DNA of 42,737 nucleotides from a candidate division WOR-3 bacterium (GTDB lineage: Bacteria > Hydrothermota > Tepidihabitantia > SM23-42 > JAOAFX01), in assembly GCA_039802265.1 (NCBI GenBank), contig JBDRWI010000010.1, positions 1 through 42,737 on the forward strand, in the 5' to 3' direction. Under the pieces are notes generated by a model. The model did not search any database. It had not been told where the DNA came from and saw only the letters and a list, made by a program, of their open reading frames with translations. Numbering within the stretch: position 1 is the first letter of the stretch; the number at the start of each line of letters is the position of its first letter. Position numbers and translations under genes: made by a program. Below, in pieces: positions 1 to 9,133 of the stretch.

Positions 1-147
1 ATTGGGTCCTTTGATTCGGTTTCTATTGTGGTGGTGACCCTTAACAAACTGAACATCGTCATAGAATACATAGGTATCTGCCCGATATACCTGGTGAAAA
101 TGCTTTCGTAAAAAGAGATAGAAAGGTTGCATTATTACGACGTTCAT
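1..147 (-). CDS. WbqC-family protein, N-terminal part (runs off the window start)
   Basis: Manual translation from the ATG at 147 gives MNVVIMQPFYLFLRKHFHQVYRADTYVFYDDVQFVKGHHHNRNRIKGPN. This matches the WbqC N-terminal pattern (IMQP...AD.FV.YDDVQ...NRNRIK). It starts 4 bp after the GNAT stop and is absent from the ORF track. Confidence 0.85.
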   Translation of the reverse strand, partial: MNVVIMQPFYLFLRKHFHQVYRADTYVFYDDVQFVKGHHHNRNRIKGPN

Positions 148-151
148 CTTT

Positions 152-682
152 TTAACTGCAAAATTTGTCTTTGAAGATGCTGTAGATTGCTACATCTTTG
201 TATCTTCCATCCTGATAGTAATGGGCTTTTAATATTCCCTCCGGTTCAAATCCCATTGATTTATATAATTTAATCGCCCGTTGGTTTTCTGTTAGCACCT
301 CAAGATAGATCTTATTCAAATTAATCTGGTTAAACAAATAATTCAAGAAAATTCTCATTGCCTCTTTGCCAAATCCCTTTCCCCAGTATCTCCGCTTAAT
401 AAATATTCCAAATTTTGCCCTTTTATTGATGTAGTCAATATTGTTTACTCCGATCAGTCCGATAAATCGGTGGGTATTTTTTTCTTCAATTACAAGATCG
501 ATGCGCTCGCGGATTCGCTGGGAATAGAGACTTTCAATCCACCTCTGTTCGTTTGTGAGATTGATTGGGAATATATACCCGAGATACTGTTTATTGGCTT
601 CAAAGTCGTATCTTAAAGAAATTGTCTCTTTTACATCATCGGGTGTTACGGGTCTCAAAATTATTCTCTTACCTTTTAGCAT
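152..682 (-). CDS. GNAT N-acetyltransferase (RimJ/RimL/PseH-like)
   Basis: Acetyl-CoA motif YWGKGFG, plus N.RAIKLYKSMGF..EG; lies in a sugar-modification operon. Confidence 0.85.
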   Translation of the reverse strand: MLKGKRIILRPVTPDDVKETISLRYDFEANKQYLGYIFPINLTNEQRWIESLYSQRIRERIDLVIEEKNTHRFIGLIGVNNIDYINKRAKFGIFIKRRYWGKGFGKEAMRIFLNYLFNQINLNKIYLEVLTENQRAIKLYKSMGFEPEGILKAHYYQDGRYKDVAIYSIFKDKFCS

Positions 683-1346
683 ATAACCCCCTTAAAAACT
701 TAGTGCAATTAAAAAGACTTTCCACATCCCCGATATCAAACCAGAATCCACGGTAGTCATATACAATGAAGTTTGACCGGTTTAAGACCTGTGCATCCGA
801 AACTGGTGGTATTTTTAATGTATTACGCACTACATACGGTGCAAGGACGCCGTATGGGGAGGGTGGTAATTTAGGTTTATAGTAAACCATTTTTCTGCGG
901 GGATCGTAGACACCCATATCTCTCAACTTTTTCCGGTCCCTGATGACCTTGATACAGAATGCAATATCAATTTCTGGTTTTGATAGAAAAAGGTTAATTA
1001 CCGCATCAATATTTATGCGGGAAATGTTATCGCAGGGCATAAGGACAAAATGTCTGTTCGTTTTTTTCTTTTTTTTAATAAATGACAATCCCGAAAACAT
1101 ATCCCTTACCACCCGGTCGTCCTGAATGATTGTTTCATAACCCAGACTTGCGAATTTTTCGTTATTTTCTTCGCGGGTAAGGATAATAATTTCATCAATA
1201 TATTTTGAACATTCCATTTGCTTCAGGGGATATAAGAATGCTGGTCGGTCATAGACCGGAACAAAAGGCTTGGAGATGTAATTTGTAATCATTCCCAGTC
1301 TTTTGCCCTTACCGCCGGCGCAGAGAATTCCTAAAAATTTTTCCAA
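669..1346 (-). CDS. sugar-phosphate nucleotidyltransferase
   Basis: N-terminal ILCAGGKGKRL...SKP motif and C-terminal WFDIG. Confidence 0.85.
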   Translation of the reverse strand: MEKFLGILCAGGKGKRLGMITNYISKPFVPVYDRPAFLYPLKQMECSKYIDEIIILTREENNEKFASLGYETIIQDDRVVRDMFSGLSFIKKKKKTNRHFVLMPCDNISRINIDAVINLFLSKPEIDIAFCIKVIRDRKKLRDMGVYDPRRKMVYYKPKLPPSPYGVLAPYVVRNTLKIPPVSDAQVLNRSNFIVYDYRGFWFDIGDVESLFNCTKFLRGLYAKR

Positions 1347-2332
1347 AGTATTTCCGCTCCTTTCTCAACAAATCTTGACTTTAGACAGATAAAATTAGGG
1401 TACAGATTGTGGGCTATTTTATCTCTAATCTTTTTGTTCTGGGCGAAGCCGATTATGAAACCACCACCACCGGCTCCGGCGATTTTGCCCCCGCTCAATC
1501 CGTTTCTCTTTAAATGTTTATAGAGTTCATCTATATACTGATTAGAACTCAAGGGAGATAGGTTACGCTTTAAACGCCAATTTTCATCAAGTAATTTCCC
1601 CAATCTTTTTAATTTCATATTTTTTGAGAGCAGTTCTTCTTTAAATGCCAGACTGAGCGAGTAGAGTGAATCAAGGTATTTCTCCTTCTGCGGTGGTAAT
1701 TCACTGAATGCCTCAATTTGAATTTCGTTAGATTCACGGGCTAAATTGGTATAGACCAAAAGCAGACAATCCTCGAGCTCTTCGAGCTTACTGCGGGGTA
1801 ATTTCAGCGGTTCAATTTTGATACCTTTATTATTGAAATAGAGAGAATTGAAACCGCCATATACTGCGGCATACTGATCCTGTTTACCACAAACAGTTCC
1901 CGATTTTGTTTCAAGTTGATAACATAACTCCGCGATTTCTCTTTTCTTTAAATGGATATTTCTATATTCAGCACAGGCAAGAATCAGTCCCGCCATCAGT
2001 GATGATGAACCACCCAGTCCCGAGCCAGTCCTCATAATGTCAGAAGTAATAACCGCTTCAATTCCTTTAAATAATCCAAAGTGCTCTAATGCTATCCGGG
2101 TATAGTGGTTAGAAATGCGACTCGTGATGGATTGCGTCTCTATTATCTCATGATGAACGCGAACATTTGTATCAAACATATCTTTAAGATTTATATACAC
2201 ATAAGAATTAATCGTTGCGGATACTACATGCCCTTCTTTTTTATTATAATAGACGGGAAAGTCAGTTCCCCCGCCACAGAAACTGATGCGGAGCGGAACG
2301 CGCACAAAGATATTTCGGTTATTGTAGAGCAT
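1331..2332 (-). CDS. GHMP-family sugar kinase (HddA/heptose-7-phosphate kinase-like)
   Basis: PLRISFCGGGTD, GSGLGGSS, GKQDQY and GAGGGGF motifs. Confidence 0.85.
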   Translation of the reverse strand: MLYNNRNIFVRVPLRISFCGGGTDFPVYYNKKEGHVVSATINSYVYINLKDMFDTNVRVHHEIIETQSITSRISNHYTRIALEHFGLFKGIEAVITSDIMRTGSGLGGSSSLMAGLILACAEYRNIHLKKREIAELCYQLETKSGTVCGKQDQYAAVYGGFNSLYFNNKGIKIEPLKLPRSKLEELEDCLLLVYTNLARESNEIQIEAFSELPPQKEKYLDSLYSLSLAFKEELLSKNMKLKRLGKLLDENWRLKRNLSPLSSNQYIDELYKHLKRNGLSGGKIAGAGGGGFIIGFAQNKKIRDKIAHNLYPNFICLKSRFVEKGAEILWKNF

Positions 2333-2343
2333 AGATACACCTC

Positions 2344-3279
2344 TTATCGTAAGGCATGAATATACCTTTCAATTCCTTCTTCTAACGAAATCTTTGGCTC
2401 AAAGCCGAGCATCTCTTTTATTTTTTTGGTGGAAGATGCCCTTCTTTTTACAAGGTGCTCGTCGTAAGGGATGAATTTAACTGGGACGGTCTTGTTCATC
2501 TTTTTGAAGAGTAGGTCCTTAAGCTGCAGGAGTGATGTTTCGATACCGGTGCCGACATTGAAATATTCATTCTTGATATTATCGTTGAACATCGCCAGAA
2601 TATTTGCACGCGCGGCATCTTCAGCATGGATGAGGTCCATCGTCTGAGTACCATCACCATATATTTCAATGGGCTTTCCAGCCTTTATTAAGTGTATCCA
2701 CTTCTGGAATACCTGGGTGTAAAAGGCACCGATACCCTGTCTTTCGCTATAGGTATTATAGTAACGAAAGCCAACGAATGGAAGATTATGAGTATAAGCC
2801 CAACTGTTAAACAATGCCTCATCCGCAATCTTTGTGGCACCATATAAAGTCCGATTATCAAAGGGATGTTCTTCATCAACGGGCAGATACCTTGGTTCGC
2901 CAAATATTGAGGCAGATGATGCAAATGTAATCTTTTTGACTTCATGTTCAATACAGCATTGAATTACATTGAATGTTCCTTTGATATTTACCTCAATGGC
3001 ATCAAAAGGGAATTTCTGTGAATCCATTATCATCATTGAAGCCTGGTGTGAAACGTAGTCTGGTTTATGCCTTTCAAAGATATTATGGAGGCGCCGGTAA
3101 TTGGCGATATCACAGACTTCAAGGATTGCCTTATTAGAAATTAGATGGCTTTGAATATTTTCAATTTTGCCATTATAGAAGTTATCCACTATAATAACAA
3201 AATGGCCCTGTTCGATTAATTGGTCAACAATAAAGGACCCGATATTTCCTGCGCCTCCGGTGACTAATACCTTTGACAT
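2344..3279 (-). CDS. NAD-dependent epimerase/dehydratase (extended SDR)
   Basis: TGGAGNIG Rossmann motif, ASSAS, YGATK catalytic motif. Confidence 0.9.
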   Translation of the reverse strand: MSKVLVTGGAGNIGSFIVDQLIEQGHFVIIVDNFYNGKIENIQSHLISNKAILEVCDIANYRRLHNIFERHKPDYVSHQASMMIMDSQKFPFDAIEVNIKGTFNVIQCCIEHEVKKITFASSASIFGEPRYLPVDEEHPFDNRTLYGATKIADEALFNSWAYTHNLPFVGFRYYNTYSERQGIGAFYTQVFQKWIHLIKAGKPIEIYGDGTQTMDLIHAEDAARANILAMFNDNIKNEYFNVGTGIETSLLQLKDLLFKKMNKTVPVKFIPYDEHLVKRRASSTKKIKEMLGFEPKISLEEGIERYIHALR

Positions 3280-3288
3280 CTTACCTCC

Positions 3289-4362
3289 TTAATTTTTTGT
3301 TGCTACTACTAACATATGCTCAGCCGTATCAAAAGAGAGGAGTTGTTCAAAAAAAGACATGATTTTCTTTCCGATTTTCTTAAGGTGACGGGTTTCGGGT
3401 TCCTTTTCAATAAATTTGGCGAAACTTTTTAACTTCGCTTTGCTTTTTCTGTAATAGATCGCAGTATTATCTCCTTCCTGTGCAGGTGCGAAAGCCACCC
3501 AGTCTCTTTCGTACTGCAATTTCGCCTTTAGTAAAGACAGCGGTGAAAACCTATTACGCCATAGATGGAAGAATATCGGAGTGAAGCCGTAGGATTTTAA
3601 AAATAGTTCTAAATTCTTTTTATTAAAAAAATTTACATGATTGGGTGCATTGTAATGGTCACCAAACACACCGCCAAAGAATGTTAGTTTTTGGTCATGA
3701 TAAGGAGTGGTCAGCAAGACTATTCCGTTCTGTTTTGTCAGGTGTTCCAGTATATTGCCATAGGCATTCAAATCATTGATATGCTCAATTGTTTCCAAAC
3801 ACAGGATGACATCAAACTTTTTATTGGTTTTGAATTCTAATATATTACCCCAGACCACATTTAATCCACCACAATACTCTCTGGCAATGTTGGCTGCAAA
3901 TTTATTCAATTCTATTCCCTGTAAATTCGTGAAGCCATACTCATTTTTAAGGAGACGAAGAAAACTACCAATACCACATCCGACATCAAAGATAGATGCG
4001 TCTTTCGCGGCATATTTCAACAGGCATTCAGCAATACACTTCATTCTTTGGTAGGAAAGAGAGGATGAGTAATAATATTCTCCGCTTTGTATTTTGTGGT
4101 ACTCAGTGTTCAAGACTGCGTTGTAGAATTCGGAATTATACCACAACTTTGTTCCCTCGTTATTTAGCCTTGGATTGGCATAGACAAAGCCACAATTGCG
4201 ACATTTCTCATAATTGAAATTATAATGGATTAAATAGGGAGATGAAGAATTTTTGCCACATACTGGACATTTTTCAAGATATAAGGTATGTTCCAATTGT
4301 CCCGTTTGCTTATTAAGGAAAATTTTTATTGTCTCTGAATAGAGAATTATATCTTTCGTCAC
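3289..4362 (-). CDS. class I SAM-dependent methyltransferase with N-terminal Zn-ribbon
   Basis: CPVC...CRNC, FDVGCGIG motif I, ETIEH; GTG start. Confidence 0.85.
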   Translation of the reverse strand: MTKDIILYSETIKIFLNKQTGQLEHTLYLEKCPVCGKNSSSPYLIHYNFNYEKCRNCGFVYANPRLNNEGTKLWYNSEFYNAVLNTEYHKIQSGEYYYSSSLSYQRMKCIAECLLKYAAKDASIFDVGCGIGSFLRLLKNEYGFTNLQGIELNKFAANIAREYCGGLNVVWGNILEFKTNKKFDVILCLETIEHINDLNAYGNILEHLTKQNGIVLLTTPYHDQKLTFFGGVFGDHYNAPNHVNFFNKKNLELFLKSYGFTPIFFHLWRNRFSPLSLLKAKLQYERDWVAFAPAQEGDNTAIYYRKSKAKLKSFAKFIEKEPETRHLKKIGKKIMSFFEQLLSFDTAEHMLVVATKN

Positions 4363-4370
4363 GAGGTTCG

Positions 4371-4895
4371 TTATCTCCTTTTGACCATTCTGCCCAATTC
4401 GTCCTTCTGAGATAGAATAGGATTTTTTATTGGCCAGTAGATATTGAATTCAGGGTCATTCCACCTTAGAATCTTTTCATTTTCGGGGTTGTAGTATTCC
4501 GATTGTTTGTAAGAAAAAATGCAACTTTTACTCAAAACCAGATGGCCATTTCCACAGTTTGGGGGTACCAGCACTTGAAATCGGTTGCTGTCCGAGAGAA
4601 TGAAAGAAAGCCATTTTTTATAAGTTTTAGACCACCTTCTCAGATCTACAACGACAAAGTAGATGCGCCCGTAAAGGCATTGAATGAGTTTCCAGGTTTT
4701 ATTATCATAATGAATTCCCCTCAATACACCCTGTGTAGAAGTTGAAATATCGTCGCGGACAAATCTAATATTTATTCCTGATTTGCGATATTCTTTTATA
4801 TTATATGTTTCCACAAATGACCCACGATGGTCTTCAAATATTTTGGGTTTAATTAGCAGGACATCCTCAATGGCGGTCTTCTCAATGGATGGCAT
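4371..4895 (-). CDS. rmlC: dTDP-4-dehydrorhamnose 3,5-epimerase family (cupin)
   Basis: D.RGSFVE, GVLRGIHY, DLR, W.DP...I.WP...PILS.KD. Confidence 0.85.
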   Translation of the reverse strand: MPSIEKTAIEDVLLIKPKIFEDHRGSFVETYNIKEYRKSGINIRFVRDDISTSTQGVLRGIHYDNKTWKLIQCLYGRIYFVVVDLRRWSKTYKKWLSFILSDSNRFQVLVPPNCGNGHLVLSKSCIFSYKQSEYYNPENEKILRWNDPEFNIYWPIKNPILSQKDELGRMVKRR

Positions 4896-4922
4896 AATTT
4901 GCTCCTTTCTCTTTAAAGATTT

Positions 4923-6104
4923 TTACTTCTTAACGGCAAGTCTGTTTTTAATTATATAATTCATCACCTCAACGACATATTGAATATCGGATTCGCCATA
5001 CCTGGTACACAATGGAAGTGAAATTAGATGTTCACCGAGCCATTCGGCATTGGGTAATTTTATTTCAGGATATTTCTTACGATAATAGTAATGGAGGTGA
5101 ACCGGATAGAAGTGGATATTGGTCCCGATATTATATTCCCTCAAGACCTTCATCAATTTGTTTCTATCTATCTCTTCATCTTTTAGTTTGAGGGTATATA
5201 CATGATTTGCCCATCTCCCTTCGGATGTCTGAAAGATTGGAGTCTCTACCGCTTCAAGGTCCTTGAAAAGATCGTTATACAATTGCACAAGTTTATTTCG
5301 TCTTGCCAATAATTCCTTGGCGCGCTGGAGTTGTGCCAGTCCAATGGCAGCGTGGATATCGGTCATATTAAATTTATAGCCAGGAACTACCGATTGAACA
5401 TGGGGACTTGCACTTTCTTCAGAATACCTCTTCCACGCATCTTTGCTCATGCCATGATATGACCAGAGCCTTATAGCCTCGGCAAGTTTGTCATCGTTTG
5501 TTGTTACCATACCACCATCCCCGGTGGTAATATTCTTTATTGCATAAAAACTGAAACAAGAGGCAATGCCGTATCCGCCAACTTTTTTATTCCGGTATTC
5601 AGAAAATACCGCGTGGGCAGCATCGTATAAGATAGGGATATGGTACTTCTGTGAGATTTTTTGAAAGCCATCAATATCTACCGGTAATCCAGACATATGA
5701 ACCGGTATAATTAGTTTGATTTTTTTGTTGTATTTCTTTATTTCGTTTTCTACCAGTTCCGGTGTCGTATTGAGTGTGCTTTTCTCAACATCAACAAATA
5801 TTGGTATTGCCTCCAGTTGTTCTACGATATTTGCGGTTGAGGGCCAGGTGATGGTAGGGACTATGACAAAATCACCCCGTTTGATACCCAATACCTTGGC
5901 AGCCAGGAATAATCCGGCAGTAGCCGAGCTTACTGCAATCGCATATTTAACATTCTGGTATTCAGCAAACTTTTCTTCAAATCTTTTTACCTTCGGACCA
6001 ACGCTGAGCCAACCGCTTTTAAGGGTATCAATGACTTCATAAATTTCTTGCTCGGTAATATCAGGGATAGCAATTGATAAAAAATTCTCTCTTTTTTTAA
6101 TCAT
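4923..6104 (-). CDS. DegT/DnrJ/EryC1/StrS sugar aminotransferase
   Basis: DAAHA, SFYAIKNITTGDGGM (PLP lysine), GYKFNMTDIHAAIG. Confidence 0.92.
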   Translation of the reverse strand: MIKKRENFLSIAIPDITEQEIYEVIDTLKSGWLSVGPKVKRFEEKFAEYQNVKYAIAVSSATAGLFLAAKVLGIKRGDFVIVPTITWPSTANIVEQLEAIPIFVDVEKSTLNTTPELVENEIKKYNKKIKLIIPVHMSGLPVDIDGFQKISQKYHIPILYDAAHAVFSEYRNKKVGGYGIASCFSFYAIKNITTGDGGMVTTNDDKLAEAIRLWSYHGMSKDAWKRYSEESASPHVQSVVPGYKFNMTDIHAAIGLAQLQRAKELLARRNKLVQLYNDLFKDLEAVETPIFQTSEGRWANHVYTLKLKDEEIDRNKLMKVLREYNIGTNIHFYPVHLHYYYRKKYPEIKLPNAEWLGEHLISLPLCTRYGESDIQYVVEVMNYIIKNRLAVKK

Positions 6105-6109
6105 TATTC

Positions 6110-7561
6110 TTATTTTAGTCTCTCATAAAGTACCGGTAGTGCCCAGAATATACTGATAAGAGAGATCCAGTAGAACTCCTGAACGAATACCGGCTTTACC
6201 CATACCGCCGGTAAAAGGGCGATAAAACCGATAAGTTGTCCCAAAACTATACTCTTGTGTTCTGGTGACACAGCCGTTTTATACACCTGGATACTCAATT
6301 TGATGTATTGGTAGATTATCAAGCAAAATAATAGGAATCCAATTATGCCTGTTTGGTATATTAACGAGAAATACCCGTTATGGGCAATAGCGACATTACT
6401 ATTATAGAGCGGATGATAGTAACTTGTGCCGATTCCCTGCCCTAAAAACGGTGATTTAGAAATTTCTCTAAGAATTGTTTCACTTTCGATAGAACGCCAG
6501 GCAAGGGTTTCGGTCTGGGCACCCGCAGTAAGAAATTCGGAGTGTCTTAAAAAAACCTGGTCCCACCAGTTTGCCACCGGAATGATTCCTAAATATGCCG
6601 GCAGATAACTGATGACTAAAACCAATAGAGTCAGACCAAGGGTATTTTTTACAAACCTTGATTTTAATCTCCCCCGAAAGATGAACCACACCAAGGAAAA
6701 GCCAGTTATTACTGAATAATAGACATTGCGGCTGAATGTTACAAAGAAAGCCAGAAGGAATGCCAAGACGGCAATGCTGTAAAGATAGTTTCTGCCTTTC
6801 TTAGAATTTATGGTGAGTACCAGGAGAGGAAAGAAGAACATATAAATTAAGGAGATTGAAGTGGGCATCACCCTTGCCAGCGAATTTTCATCTTCAAATG
6901 AAACAGGACCAACCGCCCAGTAGAACGAAGGTATGATTTTTGTCTTCGGTCCAGCAAGATATTGCAAGAAAGAAAGCAGGGCACAGATTATACCAACCAC
7001 GATGAGGGCATTCAAGAATAGTGAGAGTTTCGCTTCGCTATCAAGGTAATATAAAGCCAGGAAGAAATTTAGATAGAATATATAACTTCTGGCAATCAGA
7101 TTCGCCTCCAGCAAAGTGGCTCTTTTTGTCAAGACTGCATTTAGAATTTCAAAGAGAATCCATAAAAAAAACAAGATAATTGGATAGGTTAAAGGTGATG
7201 ACAACTTGCGAAAATCTTTCTTTTTGGCACCAACAATTAATATCCTGGCAAATAATAGGACAACCAGAAATTCAGGAAGATAAAGGCCAATCTCTCCGAA
7301 AGAAACCGGTTGGGGTAATGCATCCATTGTGAAAAATGTGGAGGTAAAGATTACCAGAATAATTAATACAACCTCGGGTCTGTAAAGAATTAAAAAGATC
7401 CCGCAGAGATAGAGAGGAAGAATTAACAGAAGAGATGATATTCGGGATACGCCCAATAGCGTAAAGATAAAAAGCAAAATCAGAATGGCCAGGTTGATTA
7501 AATGTAGCTTATTTATTCTCCAGTGATTAAAGGAGAAGGTATCTACGAGTTTAAACTTCAA
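6110..7561 (-). CDS. O-antigen ligase/polymerase family membrane protein
   Basis: Many hydrophobic segments; TFSR and PFLGQGIG...AHNGY Wzy_C-type motifs; TTG start is uncertain. Confidence 0.8.
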   Translation of the reverse strand: MKFKLVDTFSFNHWRINKLHLINLAILILLFIFTLLGVSRISSLLLILPLYLCGIFLILYRPEVVLIILVIFTSTFFTMDALPQPVSFGEIGLYLPEFLVVLLFARILIVGAKKKDFRKLSSPLTYPIILFFLWILFEILNAVLTKRATLLEANLIARSYIFYLNFFLALYYLDSEAKLSLFLNALIVVGIICALLSFLQYLAGPKTKIIPSFYWAVGPVSFEDENSLARVMPTSISLIYMFFFPLLVLTINSKKGRNYLYSIAVLAFLLAFFVTFSRNVYYSVITGFSLVWFIFRGRLKSRFVKNTLGLTLLVLVISYLPAYLGIIPVANWWDQVFLRHSEFLTAGAQTETLAWRSIESETILREISKSPFLGQGIGTSYYHPLYNSNVAIAHNGYFSLIYQTGIIGFLLFCLIIYQYIKLSIQVYKTAVSPEHKSIVLGQLIGFIALLPAVWVKPVFVQEFYWISLISIFWALPVLYERLK

Positions 7562-7667
7562 GGTATCTTTCTATTGATATTTACGAGCCAGATGATTTTG
7601 TGAAACACTGATTGTCAGATGTCAAATAGTGCGAATATAGTTCTTTCAGCACTGAAGGGAAGACCGC

Positions 7668-8780
7668 TTATTTCTGGGCCATAAAGAACAACTCTATAAA
7701 TCGCAGGGAACCGACCTCCACCATATTGGCAATTATCTGTACATCTGTCTCTTTGAAGTTCTTGTCAATTATTTTTGAATCAATTCTGGCATTACCAGTA
7801 GCCACCTGTTGAAGTAATTTGTTTACGGTATCTTCCCGAACATCCGGGGCGAAGATATTCTCCATATCAAGATCGGTTAGCTCCTCCGGGTCATAGGCAA
7901 GTAATTTTAATGCAGATTGATTGGCATCGGTGATTTTATAGTCATCAAGGTTAACAACAATAATTGGTATTATTGCATCATCAAAGAGTCTTTCATATTT
8001 TGCCATTGTCTGTGCCTCCTGCTCGGTGGTCATTACTGGCTCGTGGAGGTAGTGGACCAAACCGCCACCACCGGCAAAGACCTGGGGATAGACACTGCAG
8101 GTCATTCTCTTTTTTAAACCTTTGAATGCTATGGTATCGGTAGCCGGTTCTCCACTGTCTCTTGCCTTTCGTCCCGGGCAATTCGGCTCGGGTGCCAGGG
8201 CACAGTGGAAGATTGCATAGCAGTGATGCCCGATTACTTCATTGACGCCTTTTTGCAGAAGTTGAAAGGTCGCCAGGTTCGCCCGCAGAATTTTGTAGTC
8301 AAAATCCGTCACAAATATCGGTTCTTCAATGGCATCAACAGTTGCTTCCCATTCTTTCTTGGCGGCGGTTACTGCCAGCAAAAGCCGACGGTTTTCCTTC
8401 TGCAGTTCAATCTGATGTAACACCCGGTTAAAAGTCAATTTTATCTTTTCCGGAGTCAGGGGCAGGATTAAATAATGGTTGACCTGTGTGGTTTCTAATT
8501 TTACAAGCGCCTCGGGAATTGTATAGCCAGCAATCATTATGATTTCGCTGTCCGGGCTGATTTTCTTGACATCGGACACAAGAAGGTTATAAGGCAGAGA
8601 TGGGATATGAGCATCAATTACTACGATGTCAAATTCCTCGGTTTTGCAAAGGCTTAGACAGGTATCTGCGTTATTGGCAATACTTACCTTATGACCTTCA
8701 CTGACGAGTGTATTTTTGATATTTTTTTCTATCTCAGTGTCCTGGGTACAGACCAAAACTTTTGCCTTCATAAACACCAT
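7668..8780 (-). CDS. atypical receiver domain plus two PAS domains, no kinase or output domain
   Basis: REC-like N-terminus (FDIVVID); KKEWEATVDAI..PIFVTD...RAN...G.HCY PAS; second PAS YERLFDDA...DAN. The real start may be 8771. Confidence 0.75.
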   Translation of the reverse strand: MVFMKAKVLVCTQDTEIEKNIKNTLVSEGHKVSIANNADTCLSLCKTEEFDIVVIDAHIPSLPYNLLVSDVKKISPDSEIIMIAGYTIPEALVKLETTQVNHYLILPLTPEKIKLTFNRVLHQIELQKENRRLLLAVTAAKKEWEATVDAIEEPIFVTDFDYKILRANLATFQLLQKGVNEVIGHHCYAIFHCALAPEPNCPGRKARDSGEPATDTIAFKGLKKRMTCSVYPQVFAGGGGLVHYLHEPVMTTEQEAQTMAKYERLFDDAIIPIIVVNLDDYKITDANQSALKLLAYDPEELTDLDMENIFAPDVREDTVNKLLQQVATGNARIDSKIIDKNFKETDVQIIANMVEVGSLRFIELFFMAQK

Positions 8781-8856
8781 CCTTTTTGGTTAAATTTTTC
8801 AGGCTACCGCCCTTGTCAGTTGCAGCTGACCCTTAAAACCATATTATTGCAAATTT

Positions 8857-8884
8857 ATTATATTTATTTCTCTTTCACTGTCAA
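8857..8884 (-). promoter_or_regulatory. sigma70-type promoter of the REC-PAS gene
   Basis: TTGACA (8884-8879), 16-bp spacer, TATAAT (8862-8857) on the minus strand. Confidence 0.7.
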
Positions 8885-8891
8885 CTCCCTA

Positions 8892-8919
8892 TTGATTTTT
8901 TCAGGAAGTTGATTATAAT
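8892..8919 (+). promoter_or_regulatory. sigma70-type promoter of hisC-tpl-ptb
   Basis: TTGATT, 16-bp spacer, TATAAT; divergent from the REC-PAS promoter. Confidence 0.55.
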
Positions 8920-8943
8920 CACCTATTGGAAAGCAATGGTAAT

Positions 8944-9074
8944 GAAATTTTTCATTTTAGAAAAAGAATATGGACAAGATACATCAGGGATTTTTGATAG
9001 TTGCTGGAGAGTGCACAAACTTTAAGATGGACCGTCTCTGCGGGTTTCAGGGGCTTGCCCCCGATGGATCTTGT
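8944..9074 (+). repeat. dispersed ~127-bp hairpin-containing repeat, copy A (MITE/REP-like)
   Basis: About 88% identical (manual alignment) to the reverse complement of 42611-42737; internal inverted repeats ACAAGATACATCAGGG (8974-8989) / CCCCGATGGATCTTGT (9059-9074). Confidence 0.85.
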
Positions 9075-9133
9075 GAGCGCCAAGATTTCTCATTTTCAAA
9101 GTGGTGGCGATAAATTTTTTTAGGGAGGTATAA

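Noticed and set aside
1061..1076. T7-C-T8 tract (poly-Lys) as a phase-variation site
   Set aside because: The runs are short, the frame is intact, and similar A/T runs are common in this AT-rich window.
8781..8855. Possible c-di-GMP-I riboswitch in the REC-PAS leader (minus strand; hairpin GTCAG-CTGCAA-CTGAC)
   Set aside because: Only a vague resemblance to the 3' half. The GNRA-tetraloop stem is absent and there is no room for it after the predicted TSS.
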